A stretch of 59,289 nucleotides of DNA, the filler included, from Squatina squatina (lineage: Eukaryota), in NCBI GenBank assembly GCA_031763465.1. It is 4 parts of 3 records of this genome, joined end to end, with 100 filler letters (N's around TTAATTAATTAA, not from the genome) between each part and the next. Parts side by side here need not be neighbours in the genome. Positions count along the whole stretch, not along the records: positions 1 to 15,162 come from JARFOE010000203.1; 3 more parts are not named here. The stretch is one strand, 5' to 3'. The notes beneath the pieces are model-generated. The model was not told the DNA's origin, did not search any database, and was given only the letters and a program-made list of their open reading frames with translations. Within the stretch, counting starts at the first letter, position 1, and every line of letters begins with the position of its first letter. Positions 1 to 12,517 of this stretch are shown one piece after another. A program made the translations under genes and the position numbers.

Positions 1-34
1 CTTTCAGAAGGACTAAATAGCAAGCGCACTGGGA

Positions 35-200
35 CGTGGGAGCCAGAGGAGGCCATTCAGCCCCTCGAGCCTGTTCCGCCATCCGATGAGATCGCAGCCG
101 ATCTGTATCTTAACTCCATTTACCCGCCTTGGTTCCATATCCCTTAATACCCTCGCCTAACAAAACTCTATCGCTCCCGGTTTGGACATTTTTATTGCTT
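35..200 (-). mobile_element. CR1-type LINE 3' end (approximate limits)
   Basis: GGAGGCCATTCAGCCCCTCGAGCCTG...CTCCATTTACCCGCCTT recurs at 21710-21800, where it continues into a CR1 ORF2 C-terminal frame. Confidence 0.7.
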
Positions 201-293
201 TTCTCCCCGCCCCCCCCCCCCCCCCGCGTTTTGCGGGGGNNNNNNNNNNAGCCTGTCTCTTGTGCCTAATGGGACTCGTGTGCTTGTTTTCAG

Positions 294-369
294 TTGGAGA
301 AATACCAGCAGGGAGACTTCGGCTACTGCCCTCGAGTGTACTGTGAGAACCAGCCCATGCTTCCTATTG
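294..369 (+). CDS. CSNK2B: Casein kinase II beta, internal exon ([25 protein letters not shown])
   Basis: tttcag acceptor and G|gtaagt donor; the 76-nt exon translates to the CK2beta zinc-ribbon segment, matching the human sequence as recalled. Confidence 0.96.
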
Positions 370-377
370 GTAAGTAA

Positions 378-535
378 AGAAAGAACTTGCATTTATATAG
401 CGCCTTTCACGCCCTCGGGACGTCCAAGAGCGCTTTATGGACAACTAGGTACTTTTGAAGTGTATTCACTGTTGTAATGTCGGAAAATCGGCCGCCAATT
501 TGCGCACAAAAAGGTCCCACAAGCTGTATTGGGAT
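378..535 (-). mobile_element. Deu-domain SINE (SacSINE1/AmnSINE-like) 3' part
   Basis: Reverse complement of the ...GTGCGCAAATTGGC...ACATTACAACAGTG...AAGGCGCTATATAAATGCAAG tail also present at 21068-21340, 27480-27800 and 44150-44365. Confidence 0.75.
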
Positions 536-635
536 NNNNNNNNNNNNNNNNNNNNNNNNNNNNNNNNNNNNNNNNNNNNNNNNNNNNNNNNNNNNNNNNN
601 NNNNNNNNNNNNNNNNNNNNNNNNNNNNNNNNNNN

Positions 636-1330
636 GAGTGAAGAAATTTCTCCTCATCTCAGTCCTAAATGGCTGACCCCTTATTCTGAGACTGTGTCCC
701 CTGGTTCTAGACTTTCCTAGCCAGGGAAAACATCCTCCCTGTGTCTACCCTGTCGAGCCCTGTAAGAATTTTATACGTTTCAATGAGATCACCTCTCATT
801 CTTCTAAACTCTAGCAAATACAGGCCTAGTCTACTCAATCTGCCCTCATCGGACAAACACCCCATCTCAGGAATCCGTCTGGTGAACCTTCGTTGCACTC
901 CATCTGTGGCAAGTATATCCTCCCTTAGGTAAAACTGTACACAATACTCCAGGTGCGGTCTCACCAAGGCCCTGTATAACTGCAGTAAGACATCTTTATT
1001 CCTGTACTCAGTTATGTGGAGAAGCTGGGATTGTTCTCCTTGGAGCAGAGAAGGTTAAGGTGAGATGTATTAAAATCCTGAATTTTGATAGAGGAATTAA
1101 GGAGAAACCGGCAGAAGGTTGGGTAACTAGAGGTCGCAGATTTAAGGTAATTGGCAAAAGAACTAAAGGGGGGAAAGAGATGAGAATTTTTTCTTTATGT
1201 AGAGAATTGCTGTGATCTGGAATGCACTGCCTGGAAGGTGGTGGAAGCAGATTCAATAGTAAGTTTCAAAAGGGAACCAGATATGAGCTTGAAATGGAAA
1301 CCTTTGCAGAGGTTATGAGCAAAGATCATC
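636..1330. mobile_element. CR1 LINE ORF2 C-terminal fragments (minus 636-1010, plus ~1010-1330)
   Basis: ORF 707..967(-) VRPHLEYCVQF...LEFRRMRGDLIETYKIL is the typical CR1 RT C-terminus. Confidence 0.85.
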
Positions 1331-1413
1331 CACAGGTACGATGATTTAAATCTGCCTGCTCCTCCGACCTTCTTGCATTTTAACTCTCCTTTTTCTTCTC
1401 TCTCCACCCCCAG

Positions 1414-1504
1414 GCTGTACGGTTTCAAGATCCACCCCATGGCCTACCAGCTCCAGCTCCAAGCCGCAAGCAACTTCAAGAGTCCCGTCAAAACGATCCG
1501 TTAA
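1414..1504 (+). CDS. CSNK2B: Casein kinase II beta, last coding exon ([29 protein letters not shown])
   Basis: Polypyrimidine tract + cag acceptor; matches the CK2beta C-terminus; TAA at 1502-1504. The intervening exon is not present (gap). Confidence 0.96.
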
Positions 1505-1949
1505 AAAATTGGCAACGCCTCCGAATGTCCACATACTACAGTGCGTCTGCAGGCACGAGATATGCCACAAGGCTGTAGATGGTGTCTACTTTAACAAAAA
1601 AACTGCTTACTTCCCCCACACCCGCCCCTTAATTTTTCTTTCTTGCCTTCCAAGTTTTCCAGTGTGTCCCATTTACAGAGTCATGAACTGAAGTTGGTGC
1701 CAATGGATTTCTTTCAGTGAAAAAAAATACTTAAATGTTTTGTCACAAAAATTAAAAGAATGTGTGTCAGGTGGAGTAGTTTATTTTCATTTCAAGCCGA
1801 AGCAGAGTCTTTCCGGCCTGCAGTAGCGGACGGTTTTGAGTCACCTCGAGGCTGGTGTCTCGTTTCCCCGAGGCAGTGTTGTCACTGGGATCTCACTTGG
1901 AGTGTTGGCGGCGTGGAGGAAGCTTTCTCGCTGCGTTGACTTTTGACGC

Positions 1950-2250
1950 GGGGGCCTGGCCAAGCTGTCCATCAACAGGTCCAGGCAGCGGGCGATCGAG
2001 GGGGTTGTTTGCCCCGACTGCCTGCCTCTCTTCCGCGGCTACGTTCGCGCCCGGGTGTCCCTGGAGAGGGAGCACGCGGTGTCCGCCGGCACGCTCGCGG
2101 CCTTCCGCGACCGGTGGGCGCCGGGGGGGCTGGAGTGCATCCTCACCGGGGACGATGGGCTTTTAATTTGAGCACCGGGGTTTTGTTTAAATTCCTGTTG
2201 TGTTTAGTTTAATTTGTTTATTGTATGTTGTTATTTAATTGATTTTTCCC
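1950..2250 (+). mobile_element. Tx1-clade non-LTR retrotransposon 3' fragment
   Basis: GLAKLSINRSRQRAIEGVVCPDCLPLFRGYVRARVSLEREHAVSAGTLAAFRDRWAPGGLECIL...LLI* (stop 2169-2171), then a T-rich tail; resembles the Tx1 ORF2 C-terminus. Confidence 0.7.
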
Positions 2251-3066
2251 CAAAAGATCTAGTTGTAGGACTAGCCATCAAAATGCTGTGCAGCCTTTTT
2301 AATGAGAGCTAGCAGGCATTTTAAGTGCCAATCAGATTTTTAACGAGCCTCCGGGCAGCTGTTCCTGGCACTGGATTTAACTCCTTTACCAAGATGGTGT
2401 CGTGTACTAAACATGGGCTAAACCAGCTTTTCAGCTTAAGACTCCATCTTGGCCACCTCAGAGGCTCTTTAGTGCCAAAAGTATTTAGCGAAAATTGCCT
2501 CAGATACATCACATTGGTACAGTGGGAGCTATTCTTGAGGTTGGTGCAAAGACACATTGTTGGAGAAGAATAGGGGAAGCTTTACTGTAAAGCTGGCTGT
2601 GTTCTACCTGTCCCAAATGTACTGATGCTAAAACTGACTGAATGCATTCGGTATTCAATTTCCCAGTGCAAACATTCCTCACAATAAATATTAAACAAAA
2701 TCACCAAAAACACCAACACAAGAATGCAGTATAACTATAAGATTAAAGTACTGCAGGAAACACCTGGATAATTTGTACTAAGTTTCAACAACCTGATTCA
2801 AGCAATAATACATAGGATACAGAGATTGTAAACTCAGCATTCAAATGTTTGTATGTAAGGGGTAGAGTTCCAAGCTAAAGCAATGTCTGTGTAGAATTGT
2901 GCCCAAATAGAGACTGAATGGACAATAACCTGGGCTTTAAAAATGGAGTCCTGTCAAGCAAAATGGNNNNNNNNNNNNNNNNNNNNNNNNNNNNNNNNNN
3001 NNNNNNNNNNNNNNNNNNNNNNNNNNNNNNNNNNNNNNNNNNNNNNNNNNNNNNNNNNNNNNNNNN

Positions 3067-3610
<544 letters not shown>

Positions 3611-4399
3611 TGATGAAAGTAATAAGATTATAGGTTAAGTTTCTGAAATAATGTTAATGAGCTCAAGTATCACATTCTGCAGAATATGTTGAAATTGCTG
3701 TTAGAGAAGCTTATCTAAATAATTAAAATGATGACAGTAAAGTGCACATTTTTATTTGGCTGGCCTAATGGTGTACTCTCCACTATATTTTCACCAGAGA
3801 ATGTGCTGAGCAGTAGCTCTGTACTTTCCCCACAATAAAGGGACAAAATTGGAAGGCTATTCACCTGCACTTGATTGGCTGCAGAGTAATATTGAAAGAC
3901 CAGAGAGCAGGCAGTCTTCAGTGGGGAGGGTGGAACTCTAAATAATTGAAACTAGCAACTACTTTTTTTTTATACTCATATCAAATTATGTGAACATTTT
4001 GTTTCAAATAAATGGATAAAAAGCTAACTTATGGCTCTTTAAATNNNNNNNNNNNNNNNNNNNNNNNNNNNNNNNNNNNNNNNNNNNNNNNNNNNNNNNN
4101 NNNNNNNNNNNNNNNNNNNNNNNNNNNNNNNNNNNNNNNNNNNNGCTAGTTGCTAGATCTCCTGTGCTCTTTCCACCCACCATCTATTCTTTAGGTCCTG
4201 GGTTTTTTGTTAGACCTCAGCTTTCAGTTGTCTGCAGATCTGTTTTCTTTCCCTTGAACTTTGGTGGTGCTTCTAATTCAAGAATGCCTTGCATTCATGG
4301 TTCAATAGCTCCTGGATCTCCTGGTCATTCTCGTCAAACTAGTCTTGATGTTTCCTAATAGAGAAACCAAGGGTCTCTTGGCAGGTGCAGATTATGGTC

Positions 4400-4905
4400 G
4401 ACTTGAGCACTGTGGACACTCCGGCGGCTCTGATTTGTTGAGCATTGTCAGGTTGGTTGGGAGGCGTTGACAGAGTGGGGCTTTCTTCGCAGGGGCTTGG
4501 AGTCCTTCGACATTGATTTTCCTGCAGCAATGTTTCTGATGCCGCTGCCATTTTGGAGCCAGGTTGATGGAGATAATAGAGTGGATTAGGCGGTGGTTGG
4601 TCCAGCAGTCGTCAGCTTGGCATGGGTATCTTGCGGTCCCTCACTCGAACAATGGCGTAGTCTCGCAGGTGCCAATGCCTGGAGCGAGGGTGTTGTCTTG
4701 AGGTCTTGTACTGGTTTCTCTGATGAAATAGGGTGTTAGTTATGACAAGACCATGTTCTAAGCATTTCGTCAGGACGAGGACTCCGTTGGAGTTTGCATT
4801 CCCTACTCCTTCCCTGCCAAATCACGTCTTTCCAGAGGTTTGTGTCCTTCCCAACTCCGGCATTGAAATCGCCAAGGAGAATCAGCTTGTCTCCCTTTGG
4901 GACAC
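4400..4905 (-). mobile_element. RTE LINE AP-endonuclease fragment (degenerate)
   Basis: Minus-strand reading PKGDKLILLGDFNAGVG...NSNGVLVLTKCLEHGLVITNTLF...HPRSRHWHL.DY. Confidence 0.8.
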
Positions 4906-5502
4906 NNNNNNNNNNNNNNNNNNNNNNNNNNNNNNNNNNNNNNNNNNNNNNNNNNNNNNNNNNNNNNNNNNNNNNNNNNNNNNNNNNNNNNNNNNNNNNN
5001 NNNNNCGGAGCAGACCCGAAGTCCTACTCCTGCTCCTATTTTCTATGTTTCTATGTATCTGAACTGCATTTCACAGTAATTAAAGTGCATAATCACACTT
5101 TTCCCCAGCAAGATCCCACAAACAATAATGAAAAAAATAGCCAGTTAACTTAAATATTTGAGTAAAGTAGAGCATTAACCCAGGAAATGGATAACTCCCT
5201 GTGCTGCTTCAAAAAAAAAGCACTACAGACCTTTTAACATCCACTTGCAGACCAGGCTTTGGTTTAACATTTCAGCCATCGAACAGCTAGACCGAAAGTG
5301 CAACACTCGCTCACGACTGCACTGTAATGTCAGCCTGGATTATGGGCTTCAATGTTCCGACTCAGATGAGAATGCCCACTGAGCCAAGCTGACTCGAGCC
5401 AGTTGGAGACCCATAACCACATCAGTCAACACCAAATACTTTTCAATGAACATAAAGAACTTTTTTTTTTTTTAAAAAAAAGACACATCTTAAAATCAGT
5501 TC

Positions 5503-6030
5503 TTAAAAATTCATGTAAATCCTCAGATCTTTCTCCCATGCTTTCTCCTTTGCCTCTCTCCTGCGTTCCTCCCTTCTGCTGACTGTAGCAGCCTTCTGCA
5601 CTCGACTGATTGGATTTTTCGGTCGCATCACTGCTTCGGAATCATTGGCATTAAAGTGGGTGACTTTCGGCTTCAAATCCTTCTGGAATCCTAGGCCCTT
5701 CTGATCTCTCTTCAGTACAGTCTTTACTGGGAACTTCTGCCCCTTGCCATCAGGTCCGAGACCAGTTTCCTTGTTCCAACCTTCCTTCAACATCATGTTG
5801 AAGCCGACGTTACTTTCTGGAATGAAGTAATATGTTGGCGCTGGCTTATCATTCTTATTGAACAAATGTAATGTCGACCTCTCATGCTGTTCGATGCTGT
5901 CTTCCTGGTATTCCACTTCACAAACCTGGCAGAATTTCTTCTGTGGGACCCCCTTCAGCTGTTCATTCTGTTCTTCCCATCGAGTGTGATAGTGTATGTG
6001 GAACGGACGATATACCGGAGACACCTTGCC
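5503..6030 (-). CDS. GPANK1: G-patch domain and ankyrin repeat protein 1 (BAT4), last coding exon; 5' boundary uncertain
   Basis: FCQVCEVEY..HERSTLH Cys/His motif, G-patch SNVGFNMMLKEGWNKETGLGPDGKG...RDQKGLG, and C-terminus REERRREAKEKAWEKDLRIYMNF resembling human GPANK1. Confidence 0.9.
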   Translation of the reverse strand, partial: GKVSPVYRPFHIHYHTRWEEQNEQLKGVPQKKFCQVCEVEYQEDSIEQHERSTLHLFNKNDKPAPTYYFIPESNVGFNMMLKEGWNKETGLGPDGKGQKFPVKTVLKRDQKGLGFQKDLKPKVTHFNANDSEAVMRPKNPISRVQKAATVSRREERRREAKEKAWEKDLRIYMNF

Positions 6031-6765
6031 CTANNNNNNNNNNNNNNNNNNNNNNNNNNNNNNNNNNNNNNNNNNNNNNNNNNNNNNNNNNNNNNNNNNN
6101 NNNNNNNNNNNNNNNNNNNNNNNNNNNNNNNNNGTAGCATTGTTTTCACACATTTTGGGGAAGTGTATGCATTCTTCCACTTCCATAGATATTTAACAGT
6201 TTTGGGAGTTAGTCTGTTTACATCTGGCCCCTTTCCTTTTGAGGCTCAGTATGCCTCAATTGTAATTTCAAGGTGGTTACTTCATCCTTCCCATTGCTTG
6301 AATGTAACGTTCCAACTTTCTGCTTCAGTGGTGTGTAGTTCCTGTTTCCTCCAAGAGGAAACTGCTGAATATCAGCAGCAAAAGAGGCAGTGGTGCCCCC
6401 AGTGACTTTATTCAGTTAGTAGATGCACCATACAGAGTGGGAAGATTAAGCCCTGGTCTCTGCTAAATTAGCTGTTCTCCACCAGGGTAGCCAATGGGTA
6501 CTAACAGTTGGCCTCTATTCCTGGAATAGGGAGGATAAACCTCACAATACCAAACCTATGAACACTAAGTTCATACCTGGAGTGTATGATCTCTTTCTTC
6601 CCCCTCCATTTTTTGTTGTCAATCAGCATATCACATGGTCATGATTTTATCAAGAACATATATACAGATGAAGCAAACAGTTCAGGACAGGACTGCATTT
6701 GAAAAACAAAAAGGAGCCTGCATTCTGTACTGAAAAGGGTTAATTATTTTGATGACTTTGTCCAG

Positions 6766-6866
6766 GCTGTTTCAAAGATCCGAGAATTCATTCTCCAGAA
6801 GATCTACTCTTTCCGGAAACCAATGACAAACTACCAGATTCCTCAGAATGCACTGCTCAAATACAG
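6766..6866 (+). CDS. VPS52: VPS52 (GARP complex) exon AVSKIREFILQKIYSFRKPMTNYQIPQNALLKYR
   Basis: tccag acceptor, AG|gtcaga donor, 101 nt; near-identical to human VPS52 as recalled. Confidence 0.93.
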
Positions 6867-7421
6867 GTCAGAGATCTGCTTGCAGCACTTTGAGTTCTAT
6901 ATTCTCAAAAGGGGTCATNNNNNNNNNNNNNNNNNNNNNNNNNNNNNNNNNNNNNNNNNNNNNNNNNNNNNNNNNNNNNNNNNNNNNNNNNNNNNNNNNN
7001 NNNNNNNNNNNNNNNNNNTAGCTGTAAAGCCATTTGGGACATTTAGTGGTCGTGAAAGGCGCTATATAAATGCAAGTCTTTCTTTTTATTAGATTCTTCT
7101 TGATGTTCGAGAATCCTTCCCTGACTTCGTGCCACCTTCTTTGCCTGGCAGTCATCTTGCTATCTTGTAAAATATGATAATAGAACAGAAGACCTTGCAG
7201 CTAATCGATTTGCTGCTACCACAGTCTGTGCATGATGTCCCCAATCATGGACTCCCCCTTCCAAGATCTTTATACTTCCTTCCTAAACCCATGCGAATTA
7301 AATAGACTTTTTAATATATCCAAAACGCTTGGTCCCCTTTTTCCGACAGGCATTGATCCAATTGCTTTTGAAAAGATATCAGTAGACTCAGAAGTCATTA
7401 CTTTTTCTGGTCACTAGACAG

Positions 7422-7522
7422 ATTTTTCTACCAGTTTCTTCTGGCGAACGAGCGTCATGTAGCAAAGGAAATCCGAGATGAGTACGTTGACACTATGAGT
7501 AAAATCTACTTCTCGTACTTCA
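7422..7522 (+). CDS. VPS52: VPS52 next exon, truncated by gap (FFYQFLLANERHVAKEIRDEYVDTMSKIYFSYF)
   Basis: cag acceptor at 7419-7421; phase continues the previous exon (AG|A = Arg). Confidence 0.93.
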
Positions 7523-8425
7523 NNNNNNNNNNNNNNNNNNNNNNNNNNNNNNNNNNNNNNNNNNNNNNNNNNNNNNNNNNNNNNNNNNNNNNNNNNNNNN
7601 NNNNNNNNNNNNNNNNNNNNNNAGAGTCTGCACAAGGCACAACTAACTAAGTCTGCACATGGGTGTAAATGGCTACTCTGAGCATAAGGGATGCATATTT
7701 AAACAGTCTCTTCAGTTTGGTAATTATTATCGTCTCCGTGTATTTATCCATTCTGGTGAATGCACTTTGGGGAGGATTGGTATTTCAAAGGCAGAGGAGT
7801 AATCGATGATTTATTATAATCCAGTGGAGAATTTGTGTGTTTGAATCTTATCTAAATAGTATAATTATCCTTGGAATTCCATTCCCAGTACATGTTCTGA
7901 TGTATTCACTGCCAAGGACAGTTCCTTAATGTGTAGTTGCATGTGCTGCACACTAACACTGTCTGCACTGTACTGAGTCTTGTTGATGTAACAACCTCTT
8001 GTAGGCAGAGGGCTGGTCTAGAGCAGTGTATGATGCCAATACGTGACCAGTACATGTAGATATTAGGATTGTAAATGCAAGGTGAGTCAGAAGGTAACTT
8101 ACTTTAACTTGAAACTTTCAGGGAGCACTGACTCAGCTGATCCAATACTATCATCGATTCCACAAGGTCCTCGCTCAGCCTCCTTTCAAGAACCTTCCCG
8201 TGCGCTCAGATCTCATCAATATCCACCATCTCATGGTCGAAGTGAAGAAACACAAACCCAACTTCTAACTGCCTGTAAAAGTGTCACTTTCTTTCTCTAT
8301 CTGTCCATGTTGTTTGTACTACACTAGAGCGACGGTGTAAGGGTTAAATGCAAATATAATGACAATGGTGTTCTCTTTGTGCTGCCAATGCAAATGTTCA
8401 TTGGCTACAATGAAGTCGAGAGTGT

Positions 8426-8602
8426 GGAGTCCCGAGAGCATAAAGCGAGAGAGAGTGGAGACCCGAGAGTATAAAGTGAGGGAGGGAGCGGAGACCCGAG
8501 AGTATAAAGTGAGAGAGGGAGCGGAGACCCGAGAGTATAAAGTGAGAGAGGGAGCGGAGACCCGAGAGTATAAAGTGAGAGAGAGCGGAGACCCGAGAGC
8601 AT
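8426..8602 (+). repeat. Minisatellite, ~33-bp unit GAGACCCGAGAGTATAAAGTGAGAGAGGGAGCG, 5+ copies running into a gap
   Basis: Unit starts at 8458, 8491, 8524 and 8557. Confidence 0.95.
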
Positions 8603-8966
8603 NNNNNNNNNNNNNNNNNNNNNNNNNNNNNNNNNNNNNNNNNNNNNNNNNNNNNNNNNNNNNNNNNNNNNNNNNNNNNNNNNNNNNNNNNNNNNNNNNN
8701 NNGGTTAACCACATTGTCGGACAAGGAACGCCAGATTCTAGTTAATCCACAGCGTGTTTGTTCCAGGAGGGTAGAGAAAGCAGAGGCTCGCACTGCGCTT
8801 TCCAGCCCGGACACCCCATAGCCTTGTGCAAAGATGCGCTGATTTTTATTTTTAAATAAAAAAAGAGTGGAAAAGAGAAAAGGCAAAAAGACTATGGGTT
8901 TTTTTTTCATTTTCTTTATTGGCTGGCTGCTCACAGAACGGAGAGACACTTTGCGGCTCCTACCAA

Positions 8967-9063
8967 TCACTCGTCGCCCTTTGCCTGTGCCCGCAGGAAG
9001 CTGGCTTTCCGCTGAGCGACACGGTCCTGCCGCTGTGCCAGGGACAGCTTGGCTCGGTTCCAC
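8967..9063 (-). CDS. RPL5 (uL18)-like, last coding exon ([31 protein letters not shown])
   Basis: cccacag acceptor, TGA at 8969-8967, minus-strand AATAAA at 8920-8915; homologous to RPL5 [26 protein letters not shown]. Confidence 0.9.
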
Positions 9064-9437
9064 CTGTGGGGAACACAACGCGAAGGAGGGAGGGGAGGGT
9101 TCAGTCCCAGAAAATATCCGCATGCAGCCTCCATCAAACTGCGCCAATCAATCAACGCAACAAAAATCCACCTGCGTGGCCGAGGTACCCTTTACCGCCC
9201 CGTGACCACCAGTCCGAAGGACACCGGATGCACACCCACCCTTCCCAATGGTGACCAAACACAGCATTGCTGGATGTTTAAACTCCCGACTTCCCTTGCG
9301 CACATGCCAGACCAATCTGTGTCAGAGCCCACTGGCCCATTGCTTTGCTCAGTGTAAACTCTTCCCGGTCACTCTCCACCATCCCCCCATGCCCCCCGCC
9401 CTCACACACACACACACCACAGAATTCCAGCACTCAC

Positions 9438-9529
9438 CGTTTGGGATGGGCAATCTCCTTCTTGGATTTCTTCTCGTGGGTCGGGTTTGCCCGGATCTCC
9501 CGGTGGGCAGTTTTGTAAATTCCCTCCAC
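9438..9529 (-). CDS. RPL5 (uL18)-like, penultimate exon (VEGIYKTAHREIRANPTHEKKSKKEIAHPKR)
   Basis: ttgcag acceptor, CG|gtgagt donor, 92 nt, splices in frame to 9063; aligns to RPL5 [30 protein letters not shown]. Confidence 0.88.
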
Positions 9530-9914
9530 CTGCAAGGACCCAAACAGCTGTCAGTTCCACACTGCTAGGACGCCGCGGATAAGTGCTGCCCGTCGGGGGA
9601 AGCGAGGGGCTCGCGAGCCACAAGTATCATCCTTGCACCCCACCCTCACCATAGAAAGGACACACAGCGACGTCCCATTCACTCACTCCGACACACCCAT
9701 GAAGTGACACCCCCTCCCCTCCCCGAAACACACTCACTGTGCTTGCAAAGGTCAGATGCTCATCACCAAAGCGGGTTCCTGTCTGTCACTCCTCCTAAAC
9801 ACACCGCTAAGATTCTCAAAGTCAGGCACCAGCCATCCAAAGATTTTAAACGTTATTAAATGGGCAGGAATTGTTGGGGCAGCCCACGACCGCTCCCATC
9901 GGGCGAAGGTCATA

Positions 9915-10240
9915 TGGTGGTCCAGTGGCATTGTGGTGATGTTACAGGATTAGTAACCCAGAGATCTCAAGTTCACATTACATCATGGCAAGTTATGAAT
10001 TCAATAAATCTGATGATTTGTGGGCTGGCGCCAGAAAATTAACCATTAATAATGCTGGATTGTCATAAAATCCAGTGGTTCACTGATTTCCTTCAGCAAA
10101 GGGAACCTACCATACCTACCTCCATCTGGCCAACATGTGCCTTCAGTCTCGCACTGCATGATTAACTCTTAATGCCCTCAGGGTAACTAGGGTGGGCAAT
10201 AAATTCTGCCACTCCAATGTTGCCCAAATCCCAAGACGAA
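9915..10240 (+). mobile_element. Old tRNA-type SINE with GGCAACTAGGGATGGGCAATAAA-type LINE tail (approximate)
   Basis: Tail at 10180-10235 matches the LINE 3' ends at 11150-11230(-) and 55390-55450(+). Confidence 0.55.
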
Positions 10241-11139
10241 GGCACTTCTAATGATTTTCTACTGAAAGTGATTGAACACACATGTCTAAATATTGGCAGG
10301 AATATTTAAATAACACGACCCAGATTTTGCAGTTGTAAGGATGGCAAAATTGTCAGAGTTCGCTGTCATTACCCTGTGAAACTGACAACAACTGCTGGCA
10401 GCCACACATGCGCAGTTAAATTCAGAAATCCAGAAGTTATTGCTGTCAGTGATTCCCTGCTCCTCCACAGGGCACGCTGAAGATCCTGCAGACGGCACAG
10501 AATCAGTGATTTGATGAACTTCCCCTTGTACGCTGCAATATCACTGTTAAAACCCCTGTTAAAACGTTGAGGCTTGTTCAATGAGGCGTATCTGAGTTTT
10601 TAATGGTATACCAAGTCATAAGCACTACTGAACAACCTTTCTGGCCCTGAAAATTGAATTTTATACTTGTGGATGTCAAATTTTTCCATTATAAAAATTC
10701 CATATTTTAATAATTTTTTTTAAAGTTTATATTTCATCTTCTACCTTTATCCCATGTGTATGTCCCAATTTTTATTTCACTCTAAAATAATTAAAAGTGA
10801 AGGAAAATCAGTACACTTTACTTCCTGGTTTGTTGTCTGTGAGAATTCTTCAATTAGATTGACTGTTTCACACACTGTTGACGTCACTGTTGCTGGATAG
10901 CAGAGATCCCCTAGACATGGCGCCAGATTCAAATTAACACCAAGAAGTGTGAAACTGATGCCACAGAAATCGCTAGATCTTTGTTGGAAGCTTTCTCGAG
11001 GTCAGCGGCAAGCGCTGCCACTTTGCCGCTGACCTCAAAATTCGAGCTATAGTTAATGAAAGGTAACATTATACAATCTGACCTTACATCATTTAACCGG
11101 AGTGATACTAGAAATGCAAGTGCAGATTGCTTTTTTTTT

Positions 11140-11970
11140 TTAAAATATTTTTTCTGGGATGTGGGTGTTGCTGGTAAGGCCAGCATTTATTGCCATCCCC
11201 AATTGCCCTCGAGAAGGTGGTGGTGAGCCGCCGCCTTAAAGCGCTGCAGTCCGCGTGGTGTGGGTACTCCTACAGTGCTGCTAGGGAGGGAGCTCCAGGA
11301 GCGACGATGAAGGAACACTGATATACTTCCAAGTCAGGATGGTGTGCAACTTGGAGGGGAACGTGGAGGTGATGGTGCTCCCATGCACCTGCTTGCCTTG
11401 TCTGTCTAGGTGGTAGAGGTTGCGGGTTTGGGAGATGCTACCAAAGAAGACCTGGCGAGTTGCTGCAGTATACCTTGTGGGTGGTACATTCTGTAGCCAC
11501 AGTGCGTCGGTGATGAAGGGAGTGACTGTTGAAGGTGGTGGATGGGGTGCCAATCAAGCGGGCTGCTGTGTCCTGGATGGTGTCGAACTTCTTGAGCTGC
11601 ACTCATCCAGGCAAGTGGAGTGTATTCCATCACACCCCTGACTTGCGCCTTGTAGATGGTGGAAAGGTTTTGGGGAGTCAGGAGATGAGACACACACTCC
11701 ACAGAATACCCAGCCTCTGACCTGCTCTTGGTGCCACGGTATTTATGTGGTTGGTCCAGTTAAGTTTCCGGTCAATAGTGCCCCCCAAGGATGATGGTGG
11801 GGGATTCTGCGATGGCAATGCCGTTAAATATCAATGGGAGGTGGTTAGACTCACTTGACGGAGATGGCCAATGCCTGGTACTTGTGTGGCGCGAATATTA
11901 CTTGCCACTTATCAGCCCAAGCCTGAATGTCGTTCAGGTCTTGTTGCATGCGGGCATGGACTGCTTCATT
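11140..11970 (-). mobile_element. CR1/L2-superclade LINE 3' portion
   Basis: HLLTPQNLSTIYKAQVRGVMEYTPLAWMSAA frame plus 3' tail ending near 11140. Confidence 0.8.
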
Positions 11971-12517
11971 TGCTGTCCAGCATTGTTCTGTTGGCAGAAG
12001 GGGTGGGGCGGGGGTGTAAATTTAAATTTTGAAGCGTGGGATTTTTAAAATAACATTAAGTTATTGCCCTTCAGCTACTGTGAAAGTAGCTAGCCACATT
12101 CTGCTGCTGCAGGACCAAAGGCCTGCAGCAGTGATTTTCCTCTTTCTTGAGGAGTATCCCTGCCAAAATTATGTAAATATGGTTGACCCCGAAAAAATTG
12201 GCCAGTGTCAGAAGTAGAGACACAACCAGAGGACAGGAAGATGTCCCACCCCACCAAAGTTCCGATGGGATCCCTCATTTTCCCTCCTTTAGTGTGATAT
12301 ACTTTTAGCTGGGAACAAATTACCTGACACCACATAGCAAAACATAATTTATGGAGTTATTTTAAAAAAAAGAACAAAATAGTACGGATGCTGGAAATCT
12401 GAAATAAAAACAAAAAANNNNNNNNNNNNNNNNNNNNNNNNNNNNNNNNNNNNNNNNNNNNNNNNNNNNNNNNNNNNNNNNNNNNNNNNNNNNNNNNNNN
12501 NNNNNNNNNNNNNNNNN

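Noticed and set aside
8398-9147. 249-aa ORF and other long ORFs containing X runs
   Set aside because: They cross N gaps or low-complexity repeats; the real coding frame here is the RPL5-like exon.
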